A stretch of 39,106 nt of DNA from Candidatus Pacearchaeota archaeon (GTDB lineage: Archaea; Nanobdellota; Nanobdellia; Pacearchaeales; GW2011-AR1): the NCBI GenBank assembly GCA_050124795.1, contig JASFEO010000012.1:1-39106 (forward strand). The letters run 5' to 3'. The notes under the pieces were generated by a model. The model did not search any database, was not told where the DNA came from, and was given only the letters and a program-made list of their open reading frames with translations. The position numbers and the translations under genes are program-made. Numbering within the stretch: the stretch's first letter is position 1; every line of letters starts with the position of its first letter. This document shows, in pieces, positions 16,886-25,806 of this stretch.

Positions 16886-19222
16886 ATTCCTTGGTTATAC
16901 AGTAATACAAGTGGTACGCCTACAAATTGGGCTTGGAGTGCTTTAAATACATATAATCAACATGCGGCGGCGGTCACTGGAATACCGGCCAATTGTGCCA
17001 TAACATATTTAAAAGTATTTGCCGCGGCTAGATCGTCAACTGTTTATACAAGACTTTGCTTATGGAATCCGGGCGGCTCAATGATACGCCAAACTTCAAC
17101 TTTTACAATGGCGGTTGGTTCCGAGTCCGGTGGTGGTCAATATTGGTATACCAAAACAATAGACTATTATACATTTAGTGCCGGGGGTACTTTATGGGTT
17201 GGATTGTACAGAAATCCTTCAGGAGGTCATATTTTTGGTACTATGACCGGTTCGGGGGATGGATTTAGAAAAACAAATACAAGTGGTTTTCCTAGTGTTA
17301 AAAGTATGACAGGTTGGAACGTTGATTCTAACGACGAGCCGACAGTTGCATTATTTTATATTACTGCACCGGGTACCCCTTCGAGTGCGGCAGTGTCTAG
17401 AGTGTCAGACACAAAGCACACCGTAACATGGACAATAAATAGCTCAGCCGATCAACCTGCTTGGAATCACATGGTTGAAAGATGGGACAATGTTACTAAT
17501 GGTTGGTATCACAAAGCAACCTTATCAAGCTCGGCAAACTCTTACAGTGATACAACAACTATAGCAAATAGGGAATATAGATACAGAGTTAAAGCGTGGA
17601 ATGGAGCCGGCAATAGTAGTTATTCGACAACAAGTTATATTAATACAACTCCGGCGGCCCCTACAAGTGTTGTTGCGACAAGGGTAACAACAACGGTCGA
17701 AATTACTTGGAGTAATCCGGCTACAAGTGAAAGTGGATTGACTATTCAGCGTAAAACTTCAACAGATGGCGTGTCTTGGTCGAGTTATAGTACTTTAAGT
17801 AGTTCAATAGCCGCCGACGAAACAAGTTACACTGATAACAGCCCGGCAAATTATAATCAATATCAAGTAAGAGCAGACGACGACAACCCTGCTTTACATA
17901 GTAATTATGTTGAGTCTAATATAGTTATTGTTATTCAGCCGCCAGATGCACCAACGGGTTTGGACCCAGATAACGACGAAGCTATTGACGCGGATGAAGC
18001 AAACACTTTTACATTTACACATAATCCATTAGATGGAACCGAACAAAGCAAATTTTCAATAAGATATAGGGCCGTTGGAGATAGTTGGCCGGGAACACCG
18101 CAAGCGAATGAGGTTGCAAGTTCTGTAAGTTCTTATAGTTGGTTAGCTTCAACGTTTACTAATGGCACTGATTATGAATGGCAAGTTCAAACGTGGGGCG
18201 AACATGCGACGGCCTCGGATTGGTCAGCAACAGCAACATTTAAGGCCGTTAGTACTCCGGTAGCTACAATAACAAGCCCGTCGGCGGTAAGCGACTACGG
18301 TCTTAGTACTTTAACAATGGAATGGGATTATACACAGGCCGAAAGTGAAGGACAAACACAATATATTGCAACCTTGAAAGATTCAAATGATAATATATTA
18401 GAAACTAGAAATTATGCGTCAAGTGTTGCGGCCGGTGCTTCGGGTAGTACTGTTTTTGGTTATGCTTTAGAAAATGAAACTACCTACAAAGTTACTCTAC
18501 AAGTAAAATGTACTAGCGAGTTATGGAGTGAAGAAACCGAAGTCGAGTTTGATACTGATTTTTATGTTCCACCAACACCGACAATTAGCTTAGAACTTGA
18601 CGAAGATGTTGGGGGTATAAATGTTACTATAACTAATCCTTCGCCGACTGGTGACGAAGTCGAAGCAGTTTCTAATAGTTTATATAGGTCGGTTGATAGT
18701 GGTGATTGGGAACTAGTAGAGGATGAAATCGACATAAATACAACGGTAACTGATTACTTGCCAAGTATCGGCGGTAATACTAATTATTATGTTAATGCGG
18801 TAAGTGCTACGCCTACGGTTGCCGCGTCAAGTGAGAGCGATCTAGATGTAGAAATGACCGGATATTTTTTCTTAAACGGTGGTGACGGTTACGGCGATTA
18901 CGCTAAACTTAGAGGTGATATATCTTACAACGAAGATTTTGGAAGAGAAACAGTAACAAGAGGTTATGAAGGTAGAGACTACCCGGTAAAATATCAAGGT
19001 ACAAATTTAAACCAAGTAATGTCTTTTAGTTGTGATTTGCCTAAAGAAGATTATTCAACGCTTAAAACTCTTATAGAAACAGCCGGCGAACACTTTTTCA
19101 GAGGTTGGAACGGTAGGTATATGCATTGTTCAATTACAGGGGCGAAAATTACAAGAAAAAGCAATACATCTTACCAGTTTTCGTGTATCCTAGAAAGGAC
19201 GGAAGTAGAAAATGGCAACTAA
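16886..19222 (+). CDS. Distal-tail-like protein with several fibronectin type III/Ig-like domains; start uncertain (GTG 16877 or ATT 16886)
   Basis: First gene after the tape measure; FN3 signatures (YRYRVKAWNGAGNSSYS, YEWQVQTW); AAGGAGGTG overlaps the GTG. Confidence 0.75.
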   Translation: MPWLYSNTSGTPTNWAWSALNTYNQHAAAVTGIPANCAITYLKVFAAARSSTVYTRLCLWNPGGSMIRQTSTFTMAVGSESGGGQYWYTKTIDYYTFSAGGTLWVGLYRNPSGGHIFGTMTGSGDGFRKTNTSGFPSVKSMTGWNVDSNDEPTVALFYITAPGTPSSAAVSRVSDTKHTVTWTINSSADQPAWNHMVERWDNVTNGWYHKATLSSSANSYSDTTTIANREYRYRVKAWNGAGNSSYSTTSYINTTPAAPTSVVATRVTTTVEITWSNPATSESGLTIQRKTSTDGVSWSSYSTLSSSIAADETSYTDNSPANYNQYQVRADDDNPALHSNYVESNIVIVIQPPDAPTGLDPDNDEAIDADEANTFTFTHNPLDGTEQSKFSIRYRAVGDSWPGTPQANEVASSVSSYSWLASTFTNGTDYEWQVQTWGEHATASDWSATATFKAVSTPVATITSPSAVSDYGLSTLTMEWDYTQAESEGQTQYIATLKDSNDNILETRNYASSVAAGASGSTVFGYALENETTYKVTLQVKCTSELWSEETEVEFDTDFYVPPTPTISLELDEDVGGINVTITNPSPTGDEVEAVSNSLYRSVDSGDWELVEDEIDINTTVTDYLPSIGGNTNYYVNAVSATPTVAASSESDLDVEMTGYFFLNGGDGYGDYAKLRGDISYNEDFGRETVTRGYEGRDYPVKYQGTNLNQVMSFSCDLPKEDYSTLKTLIETAGEHFFRGWNGRYMHCSITGAKITRKSNTSYQFSCILERTEVENGN

Positions 19223-20882
19223 TAGATATACACAAACTTATTTAGTCCAATCCGACGATGGATACGTTGACCACACTGCCGGAGATATAGGGACCTCGGA
19301 TAATCCTTTAAGCTTGTTGCTATATTGGAATATATGGAACACTGACGGTTTTTGTGATTGGTTTGCTTTGTTTGGTCCTGTTAATATACCTAATGGCTCG
19401 ACAATAGTTAGGGCCGAATTGCTTTTTAGTTTGTATTATGTTGCTAATGGTTGGGTATCTTCTGAAATACGAATATCAGACAGGCAGAGTGTTTATAGTG
19501 CATATTCGGATTATACAAACCAAGTTGGAACCAATGAAGCTAAGGAGTTTACACTCGATCAAGTAAGTGAAACACAAATAGTCCAAATGGATATAACCGA
19601 TCTTGTGCAAGAAAAAGTTAATCAAGAGGATTGGACCGCCGGAAGTAATATGTTGTTTTATACTTCAAATACAGATGGTGAAACGGTCGATAGTGGAGCC
19701 GATATTGATTCATATGAATACAATCCAGTAATGACTTTAACTATAGTATATGAGCCGCCGGTTGTTCCATCATTACAAAGCATTTTAGGCGGTTCTAGGA
19801 TTGAGGGGTTTAAATATGAATGGTTAACTTTAAGCGGTGGGATATATGTTCATAATGGGTATTTAGATAATTATGTGAGAAATGCTAATATAAAAATTGA
19901 TTTTACTAGAGATATTATCGGAACTATTAATTTAGAAATGAAAAATTATGATAGTGTTAACTTTCTATCTGACTTGATAAGGCCGTATTATTACACTATA
20001 TACAATGGGACGACATACACATTCCCATTAGGGACTTACATGTTATCAAGCCCTAAAAAGCGTTCTGACGGTAATTTTATTACAAGATATGTCCAAGGAT
20101 ATGACTTATTAAAAGCATTAGAAGATGATAAGACGACAACAAGTACATATTATGCGGCCGGTACGGATGTTTATGACACCATAACAACTTTACTTGATGG
20201 GGTTGGCAATTGGGTAAGGTATTCTATTGAGCCAAGCACTGAAACACTTGTGGAAGATATGAGCTTTGAGTTGGGAAGATCAAAACTATTTATAATTAAT
20301 AGCTTGCTAAATACTATTAATTATTATCCTTTATGGTGTAATGGTGAAGGTGTTTATTGCTCTATTCCTTGGGCCGATTATAATAATATTGCTTGGGAAT
20401 TTGAAGACAATAGTTATTCCTTGTATGAGCCGGGAGTAACTCAAGATATTGACTTTTCTGAAATGTATAATAGAGTGGTTGTGATAGCAAGACAATTAAC
20501 AGAAGACACGGCCCCACTGTATAAGGTATGGACTTTTGAAGATGAAAGCATGGATTCTCATCCTTTAAGTTATACCAGTTTAGGTCGTTATATAACTAAA
20601 ATATTTGATAGTGAAGCAGTAAGTCAAACCTACGTAGATTTAAGGGCAAGACGCGAAATATTAAAAATGTTAGAAATAGAAGAAACTTTGGAGTATAATC
20701 ACGCATATATTACGTCAAGGTTAAATGATGGCCTTCCGTTCCAAGGCGATTGTTTTAAATTTAAAAATGATAAACTAGATATAAATAGCGAGACATATAA
20801 AATTGAAACACATGAGTGGTATTTAAAAGTAGGCGAATTGGTTAAATCTACAATAAGGAGGATAACGGCAAGCTATGATTAA
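19212..20882 (+). CDS. Baseplate hub / Tal-like minor tail protein with an extra N-terminal beta domain
   Basis: Position; FPLGTYMLSSP, GYDLLKALEDDK, YNRVVV; N-terminal IPNGSTIVRAEL...DITDLVQE. Confidence 0.7.
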   Translation: MATNRYTQTYLVQSDDGYVDHTAGDIGTSDNPLSLLLYWNIWNTDGFCDWFALFGPVNIPNGSTIVRAELLFSLYYVANGWVSSEIRISDRQSVYSAYSDYTNQVGTNEAKEFTLDQVSETQIVQMDITDLVQEKVNQEDWTAGSNMLFYTSNTDGETVDSGADIDSYEYNPVMTLTIVYEPPVVPSLQSILGGSRIEGFKYEWLTLSGGIYVHNGYLDNYVRNANIKIDFTRDIIGTINLEMKNYDSVNFLSDLIRPYYYTIYNGTTYTFPLGTYMLSSPKKRSDGNFITRYVQGYDLLKALEDDKTTTSTYYAAGTDVYDTITTLLDGVGNWVRYSIEPSTETLVEDMSFELGRSKLFIINSLLNTINYYPLWCNGEGVYCSIPWADYNNIAWEFEDNSYSLYEPGVTQDIDFSEMYNRVVVIARQLTEDTAPLYKVWTFEDESMDSHPLSYTSLGRYITKIFDSEAVSQTYVDLRARREILKMLEIEETLEYNHAYITSRLNDGLPFQGDCFKFKNDKLDINSETYKIETHEWYLKVGELVKSTIRRITASYD

Positions 20883-21555
20883 TAATATAAAATTGTTTCA
20901 AAGCATATTAAACAAGCCAGATAATAAAACATATTTAACGGCGACCGTGTCTGACTTAAACCCTCTTAAGGTTAAACTTTATCCGGGTGATGATGAAATT
21001 TTGGCGATTCCTACTACTAATTTATGGGGTGTTACTGTGGGTTCTAGAGTCCTTTTACTTCGACAAGGAAATCAATTTATATGCACTTCGGTAATTGGTA
21101 GCCCTAAAGTTGATAGTATAACAATAAAAAGAACTTCAAATCAATTGTTTACTGGGACAAGTAACACCAAGATAGCTTATGATAGCGAAGATCAAAAAGT
21201 TGGGAGTAACTTGACTTATGATGCTGTAAATTATGGAATAGAAATTGGTGGTGGTGTTTCAATGGTTGAAGCCCACGCCATGACATGGGCTAATTGTGAA
21301 GCTTCGGGAGCCTATTCAGCACAATACATTTACAAAAACTCTAGCGAAGCGACTTACTCAATTGAAAGAAAACGCGATACAAACTCGGAAAAGTGGAGAC
21401 CCCATTTTGGAAGTGTATTAATACCAGTAACAGAAGGAGACATGATATATTGTTACATTAGGTTTAGTGTTTCGGATGCTTCAAATGGTGTAATTGGTGC
21501 TTATGCAAATTCATGTAAATTGATGGTAAGAGTTGTAGAATATGATTTAACTTAG
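20875..21555 (+). CDS. Tail-tip / receptor-binding protein with a C-terminal beta-sandwich
   Basis: Last structural gene; N-terminal ATV....PLKV...VGSRVLL; C-terminal LIPVTEGDMIY. Confidence 0.55.
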   Translation: MINNIKLFQSILNKPDNKTYLTATVSDLNPLKVKLYPGDDEILAIPTTNLWGVTVGSRVLLLRQGNQFICTSVIGSPKVDSITIKRTSNQLFTGTSNTKIAYDSEDQKVGSNLTYDAVNYGIEIGGGVSMVEAHAMTWANCEASGAYSAQYIYKNSSEATYSIERKRDTNSEKWRPHFGSVLIPVTEGDMIYCYIRFSVSDASNGVIGAYANSCKLMVRVVEYDLT

Positions 21556-21623
21556 AGGGATGTTTAATATGACAATTAAAATTGGGGGAATTTTATTGAA
21601 AATATTTTTTAAAGAATAATTAT

Positions 21624-21658
21624 TTGAATCTAACACAATGTTATTGTGTTAGATTCAA
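21624..21658. repeat. Perfect 16-bp inverted repeat with a 3-nt centre
   Basis: TTGAATCTAACACAAT-GTT-ATTGTGTTAGATTCAA. Confidence 0.9.
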
Positions 21659-21783
21659 CAATATGGTTATAAGATAGCATTAATGCACGTTTTGAAAGTT
21701 TTTGTATTGACAGAAAAAAAATGATATGTTTCAAACAATACATATCGTATATTGGGATACAATATGTTAGATTGGGGGTAAAT

Positions 21784-21984
21784 ATGCAAGATGAAATTTT
21801 AAACATACTAGATTTATGCGAAGTTTTAAAAATATCAGATATCGAAGCTAAAAAATTAATGAAAAGATTAAATGCAAAAATGATTTTTGGAAGGTATTTT
21901 ATCACAAGGAAAATGTTAACCGACTATATTGAAAATGATGCAATACTTAAAAATGATAAAGGCTTTTTACCTCCAAATTTATGA
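21784..21984 (+). CDS. Small MerR/excisionase-like HTH protein
   Basis: ILNILDLCEVLKIS...IFGRYFITRKML..YIE; GGGGT RBS before ATG 21784. Confidence 0.6.
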   Translation: MQDEILNILDLCEVLKISDIEAKKLMKRLNAKMIFGRYFITRKMLTDYIENDAILKNDKGFLPPNL

Positions 21985-21997
21985 AAGGGGATAGTTT

Positions 21998-22282
21998 ATG
22001 TTTGATTTAACACTATTAGATGATTTGACCAACGCCGAACTTGATGAAGTTCTGAAATATATTCATGATAAAAAAAAGAAAACAAAAGATATTTTTGGAG
22101 AATTTTTAGATAATTATGTTTTTGAAGAAAACAAAAAATATACAACTAAAAGTTTATACAAAGACTTTGAAAAGCATTGCAAGGATAAAAAAAAGGTTTG
22201 TCCTATGATTGGGCCATTTACAAAGAGATTAATTAAGTTTAAAGAAGATAATCCAGAAAAAGGGAAGAATATCGAAATTTAA
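21998..22282 (+). CDS. Hypothetical protein; C-terminal half resembles the winged helix of D5/P4 primase-helicases
   Basis: FGEFLD...TKSLYKDFEKHC......FTKRL pattern; AAGGGG RBS. Confidence 0.45.
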   Translation: MFDLTLLDDLTNAELDEVLKYIHDKKKKTKDIFGEFLDNYVFEENKKYTTKSLYKDFEKHCKDKKKVCPMIGPFTKRLIKFKEDNPEKGKNIEI

Positions 22283-22343
22283 TAAAATGTCAAATTATGA
22301 TAATATATACAGATTGAAAAATACAGAAAATGGGGGAAAAACA

Positions 22344-23396
22344 ATGAAAAAGTTAACTATATTGTTAATAATTGTTACATTATTTACTTTAAACTTTGCT
22401 TTTGTCAATGCAGAAGAAACAGAACAGCCATCTTGCAGTCAACAGCCTACATGTGAGCCAAGTCCTAGTATAGATAATAGTGATAATTCTGATAATAGCG
22501 ATAATTCTGATAATAGCGATAATAGTACTAATGTTGACGTTGACCAAAGTACAGAAACAAACGAAGAAACAACAACTACTACAACAACTGAAAATGACAC
22601 AGAAGTAAGTAATGAGAACGAAGTTGAAAACAACACAGAAAATGAAACAGAAACAACAACAACTACAACACAAAATAATAATAAGGATTCAGAAATTAAT
22701 AATAATACTGAAAATACTACAACTAACGAAACAACTACAGTAAATAGCAATAACCAAATTAATAGCAATAATACAACAACTAATAATATTACAAATAATA
22801 CTTATGTTCAAAGCGTTGAATGTAGTCAAAATGAATTAGGTGTTGATAAGGTAAAAGTTGATTTTGGTAAAACATTTAGTGTTGAAAGTGGAAAAGCTTT
22901 AAAAACTGTTTATTATAAAGGGGAAAAAGTTATAAAATTAACTGGAAACAAACTTAATGCAACTCTTTATTTATACGGTAAAGAATTTAAAAATGCTTAT
23001 TGTAAGGCAAAAAGTTTCAAACTTAAAAAAGGTTTAAATAAACTTAAGCATGAAGTATTTATTAATGGGAAAAAGTGTGTTGTAAATATGACTGTTTACT
23101 CTCACAAAGCGAATGTATTATGCAATGTTAATACCAATACAAACAATGGAAAAGTGGTAGACACTAAAAAAATTATTGTAACAGATAAAAAAGCAGACGA
23201 AGTTAAAACAACAACAAGTGTTGTTAGTGCCTCCGGAGTGTTGGCGGCAAAAACACCAGTCGAAGCTGTTCAAGTTTCAAGTAACGGAAGTTTACCACAA
23301 ACAGGTGAAGGAACTCCGATACTTCCAATTATAATAGGTGCTTTGTTAATAATGGTAGGTATCGCAGCAACATTTAAATTGAAACATGCAAAATAA
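22344..23396 (+). CDS. Sortase-anchored (LPXTG) cell-surface protein with an N/T/E-rich low-complexity region
   Basis: Signal peptide MKKLTILLII...VNA-EE; LPQTG, hydrophobic segment and basic tail KLKHAK. Confidence 0.88.
   Translation: MKKLTILLIIVTLFTLNFAFVNAEETEQPSCSQQPTCEPSPSIDNSDNSDNSDNSDNSDNSTNVDVDQSTETNEETTTTTTTENDTEVSNENEVENNTENETETTTTTTQNNNKDSEINNNTENTTTNETTTVNSNNQINSNNTTTNNITNNTYVQSVECSQNELGVDKVKVDFGKTFSVESGKALKTVYYKGEKVIKLTGNKLNATLYLYGKEFKNAYCKAKSFKLKKGLNKLKHEVFINGKKCVVNMTVYSHKANVLCNVNTNTNNGKVVDTKKIIVTDKKADEVKTTTSVVSASGVLAAKTPVEAVQVSSNGSLPQTGEGTPILPIIIGALLIMVGIAATFKLKHAK
22473..22526 (+). repeat. Six 9-bp coding repeats (Asp-Asn-Ser x6)
   Basis: GATAAT(AGT/TCT/AGC) x6. Confidence 0.9.
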
Positions 23397-23433
23397 AATA
23401 ATATAATAGTTTTAACCTTGAATTATTAATAAG

Positions 23434-23463
23434 AAGACTCTGGGCCGTTTAGGTCTTTTTTTT
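23434..23463 (+). terminator. Intrinsic terminator after the LPXTG gene
   Basis: AAGAC...GTCTT hairpin plus long T-run. Confidence 0.55.
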
Positions 23464-23528
23464 GTTTGACTTGTGCCGCAAAATGACATAAAATAATGCA
23501 AAATAACAAAAAAAAGGGGGTAATTGAA

Positions 23529-23723
23529 TTGGATGATAAATTATATTCAGTTGAAGAAGTCGCGAAAATGTTTGGGGTAGCAAATACAACTATTAGAAAG
23601 AAGCTAAGAAAAAAAGAATTGCATGGATTTAAAATCGGAAAAGCTTGGAGAATAAAAAGGACGGAGATTCAAAGGTATTGTAAGGAGGGAATTGACAAGG
23701 CCGAAAAAGAAGGGTTAAGGTGA
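23529..23723 (+). CDS. Excisionase-family HTH (HTH_17) DNA-binding protein; probable TTG start
   Basis: LYSVEEVAKMFGVANTTIRK...LHGFKIGKAWRI. Confidence 0.85.
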   Translation: MDDKLYSVEEVAKMFGVANTTIRKKLRKKELHGFKIGKAWRIKRTEIQRYCKEGIDKAEKEGLR

Positions 23724-23727
23724 TTTT

Positions 23728-25542
23728 ATGAAATTTTTGGGTAAAAACTTATATAACTTATTTGTATATTTAAAAGCAAAAAAAATAAAGCGAATACCAG
23801 TCGCTTTATATATAATAATATTATTATTTGTTTTTGTAAGTTTCTCAACAAAAAAAACATGTTTGAGTCTTTGTATTGTCGTCCTTACATGGATATTAAT
23901 GTATAGTTGGTCATTTTCCAAATCCATAAAATATTATAACACAAGATTTGAAGTTTATAATTTAATAAAAAATAACAGAAGTATTAAATTTGTAGGGCTA
24001 ACTTATCAAGATCAATTTATACTATATAGATTTAAAACCAATATTCCTTTGGAAGAGTTAAGGAAAAGAAAGTCAAGCTTAGAAATGGCATTAAAAACTA
24101 ATATTATCGAAATGGAACTTTATGGTAGGAGTAAAAGTATTTACCAGTTCGTAACAAGTAAGAAAAAAATTGACTTCAAGGCCAAGGCTAAATTATCTAG
24201 TCAAATTCAAGATAAGTTATTTGCGGCTTTTAGAGAATGTAATATTAAGATATCAAATATCGAGGTTATCAAGGAACCCTATAAAAAAACTATATGTTTT
24301 GACTCGAATGAGAATAAGAAAGCTCTAGAAAATAGCCTATATGAAATTGAACATTTAACAGGATTAAGAAATTTAAAGCTTTATTCTGATATAAATTATG
24401 ATTACAAAATAGTATTAAATAAAAATATTGGTATTATAAGCTTTTATACTTTAGTTAAAAATACAAATCTAACCAATAAGGAGAATATGATTGTAGGGCT
24501 AAAAAATAGTGGTAGTTTAGAAATATTAGATATAAAAAAAATATATCATTCAATTGTTGCCGGTTCTACTGGGAAAGGGAAGAGTAACTTTAGTCATGTT
24601 GTTTGTAGTTCTCTAATTAAATCTAATTTAGATATTGCTATGTTCTTATTGGACCCAAAGAAATCAGAGCTAAAGAGATATCGTGATATTGACCGGGTGT
24701 TTTACTCCGGAGATCACAAGGAAATAAACAATATATTAAGTGAAATAGTTAAAGAAATGGACCGTAGGAACATTATGTTTGAAGGAGACAAATTTATTAA
24801 TAATATTGAAATGTGGAACAATTCCAAAGAAGATAAGTTGAATTATATTATAGTTTATGTTGAAGAGATCGCCGACTTAATTATGTCAAGTGATGAAAAA
24901 GACGAAAACTCTTTCAAGAATAATGTAACTAGATTATGTCAGTTAGGCCGTTCCGTTGGTATCAGAGTCTTTTTAAGTACACAAAAGCCAAATGCTGAAA
25001 TAATACCAACTATTATCAAAGGAAATTGCTATACTAGATTTGGTTTTGCTACAACTAACATTATAGAATCAAGGGTAATTTTGGATAACTCAATGTGCTG
25101 TGATCTTAAACAAGCCGGTGACATGATATTCCAAAATAACGGCGAAAATATCAAATTAAAGGTTCCTTTGATTGAGGAAAAATTCATTGTAAATATTGTT
25201 GAATATTTAGAAAAAAATCATAATAAAAAGGCCGATTATCCATTGTCCGGTCGAATGGTCGAAATGGTTAAATCTAAACTTGGAGTTAAAAAAACAGGCG
25301 ACCAATGCGACGGTCGCGACCCGGTCGCAACCATTATAAAAAATAAGCATGATTTGCTTGATTTTTATAAAAAATACTGTGAAAATGAAATTTTTTCTTC
25401 AAGAATAACAAGTGAAAAAGTTGACATAGGAAAAACAAAAATTCAAGAATACAGAAAAGAATTAATAAAAGATGGTACATTAATTGAAAAAGGTAAAAAA
25501 ACATATTTAAATAAAAAAATTAACATCATTAGACTAAAATAA
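23728..25542 (+). CDS. Membrane-anchored FtsK/SpoIIIE-family DNA translocase with a C-terminal winged helix
   Basis: Two N-terminal hydrophobic segments; AGSTGKGKS, LLDPK, IVYVEEIADL, GRSVGIRVFLSTQKP; wHTH-like C-terminus. Confidence 0.9.
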   Translation: MKFLGKNLYNLFVYLKAKKIKRIPVALYIIILLFVFVSFSTKKTCLSLCIVVLTWILMYSWSFSKSIKYYNTRFEVYNLIKNNRSIKFVGLTYQDQFILYRFKTNIPLEELRKRKSSLEMALKTNIIEMELYGRSKSIYQFVTSKKKIDFKAKAKLSSQIQDKLFAAFRECNIKISNIEVIKEPYKKTICFDSNENKKALENSLYEIEHLTGLRNLKLYSDINYDYKIVLNKNIGIISFYTLVKNTNLTNKENMIVGLKNSGSLEILDIKKIYHSIVAGSTGKGKSNFSHVVCSSLIKSNLDIAMFLLDPKKSELKRYRDIDRVFYSGDHKEINNILSEIVKEMDRRNIMFEGDKFINNIEMWNNSKEDKLNYIIVYVEEIADLIMSSDEKDENSFKNNVTRLCQLGRSVGIRVFLSTQKPNAEIIPTIIKGNCYTRFGFATTNIIESRVILDNSMCCDLKQAGDMIFQNNGENIKLKVPLIEEKFIVNIVEYLEKNHNKKADYPLSGRMVEMVKSKLGVKKTGDQCDGRDPVATIIKNKHDLLDFYKKYCENEIFSSRITSEKVDIGKTKIQEYRKELIKDGTLIEKGKKTYLNKKINIIRLK

Positions 25543-25600
25543 GATATAATATTGTTGAATAAAAATAAACTTTGTAGTCCTATTTATAAAAATACTAGCT

Positions 25601-25637
25601 AAAATAAAAAGCCTTTTTTAGGGGCTTTTTATTTTTT
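25601..25637. terminator. Bidirectional intrinsic terminator between convergent operons
   Basis: AAAATAAAAAGCC...GGCTTTTTATTTT. Confidence 0.85.
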
Positions 25638-25777
25638 GTAATTTAATGTATAATATTCAAGAATAGTAATGATAATAGAGTGCTAGTAATGATGAGAATT
25701 GATTTAACGTTATTCTAATCCTTAATTAAGATTTTCTTAAAGTGTTTTTTTTGTAAAAGTAGTGTTTGATTCAAAAC

Positions 25778-25802
25778 TTAACCCCTCTAAGTGAGGGGTT
25801 AA
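25778..25802. terminator. GC-rich hairpin just after the stop of 25807-26028
   Basis: TTAACCCCTC-TAAGT-GAGGGGTTAA. Confidence 0.6.
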
Positions 25803-25806
25803 ACTG

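Noticed and set aside
16886-21555. Diversity-generating retroelement or invertible tail-fibre cassette
   Set aside because: No reverse transcriptase or invertase, and no template/variable repeat pair was seen.
22389-22768. Minus-strand Cys-rich and Val/Leu-rich ORFs
   Set aside because: Antisense shadows of the low-complexity N/T/E tract in the LPXTG gene; no RBS.
23529-23723. Excisionase as evidence of an integration module
   Set aside because: No tyrosine or serine recombinase was recognised in the complete genome; HTH_17 proteins also act as ordinary regulators.
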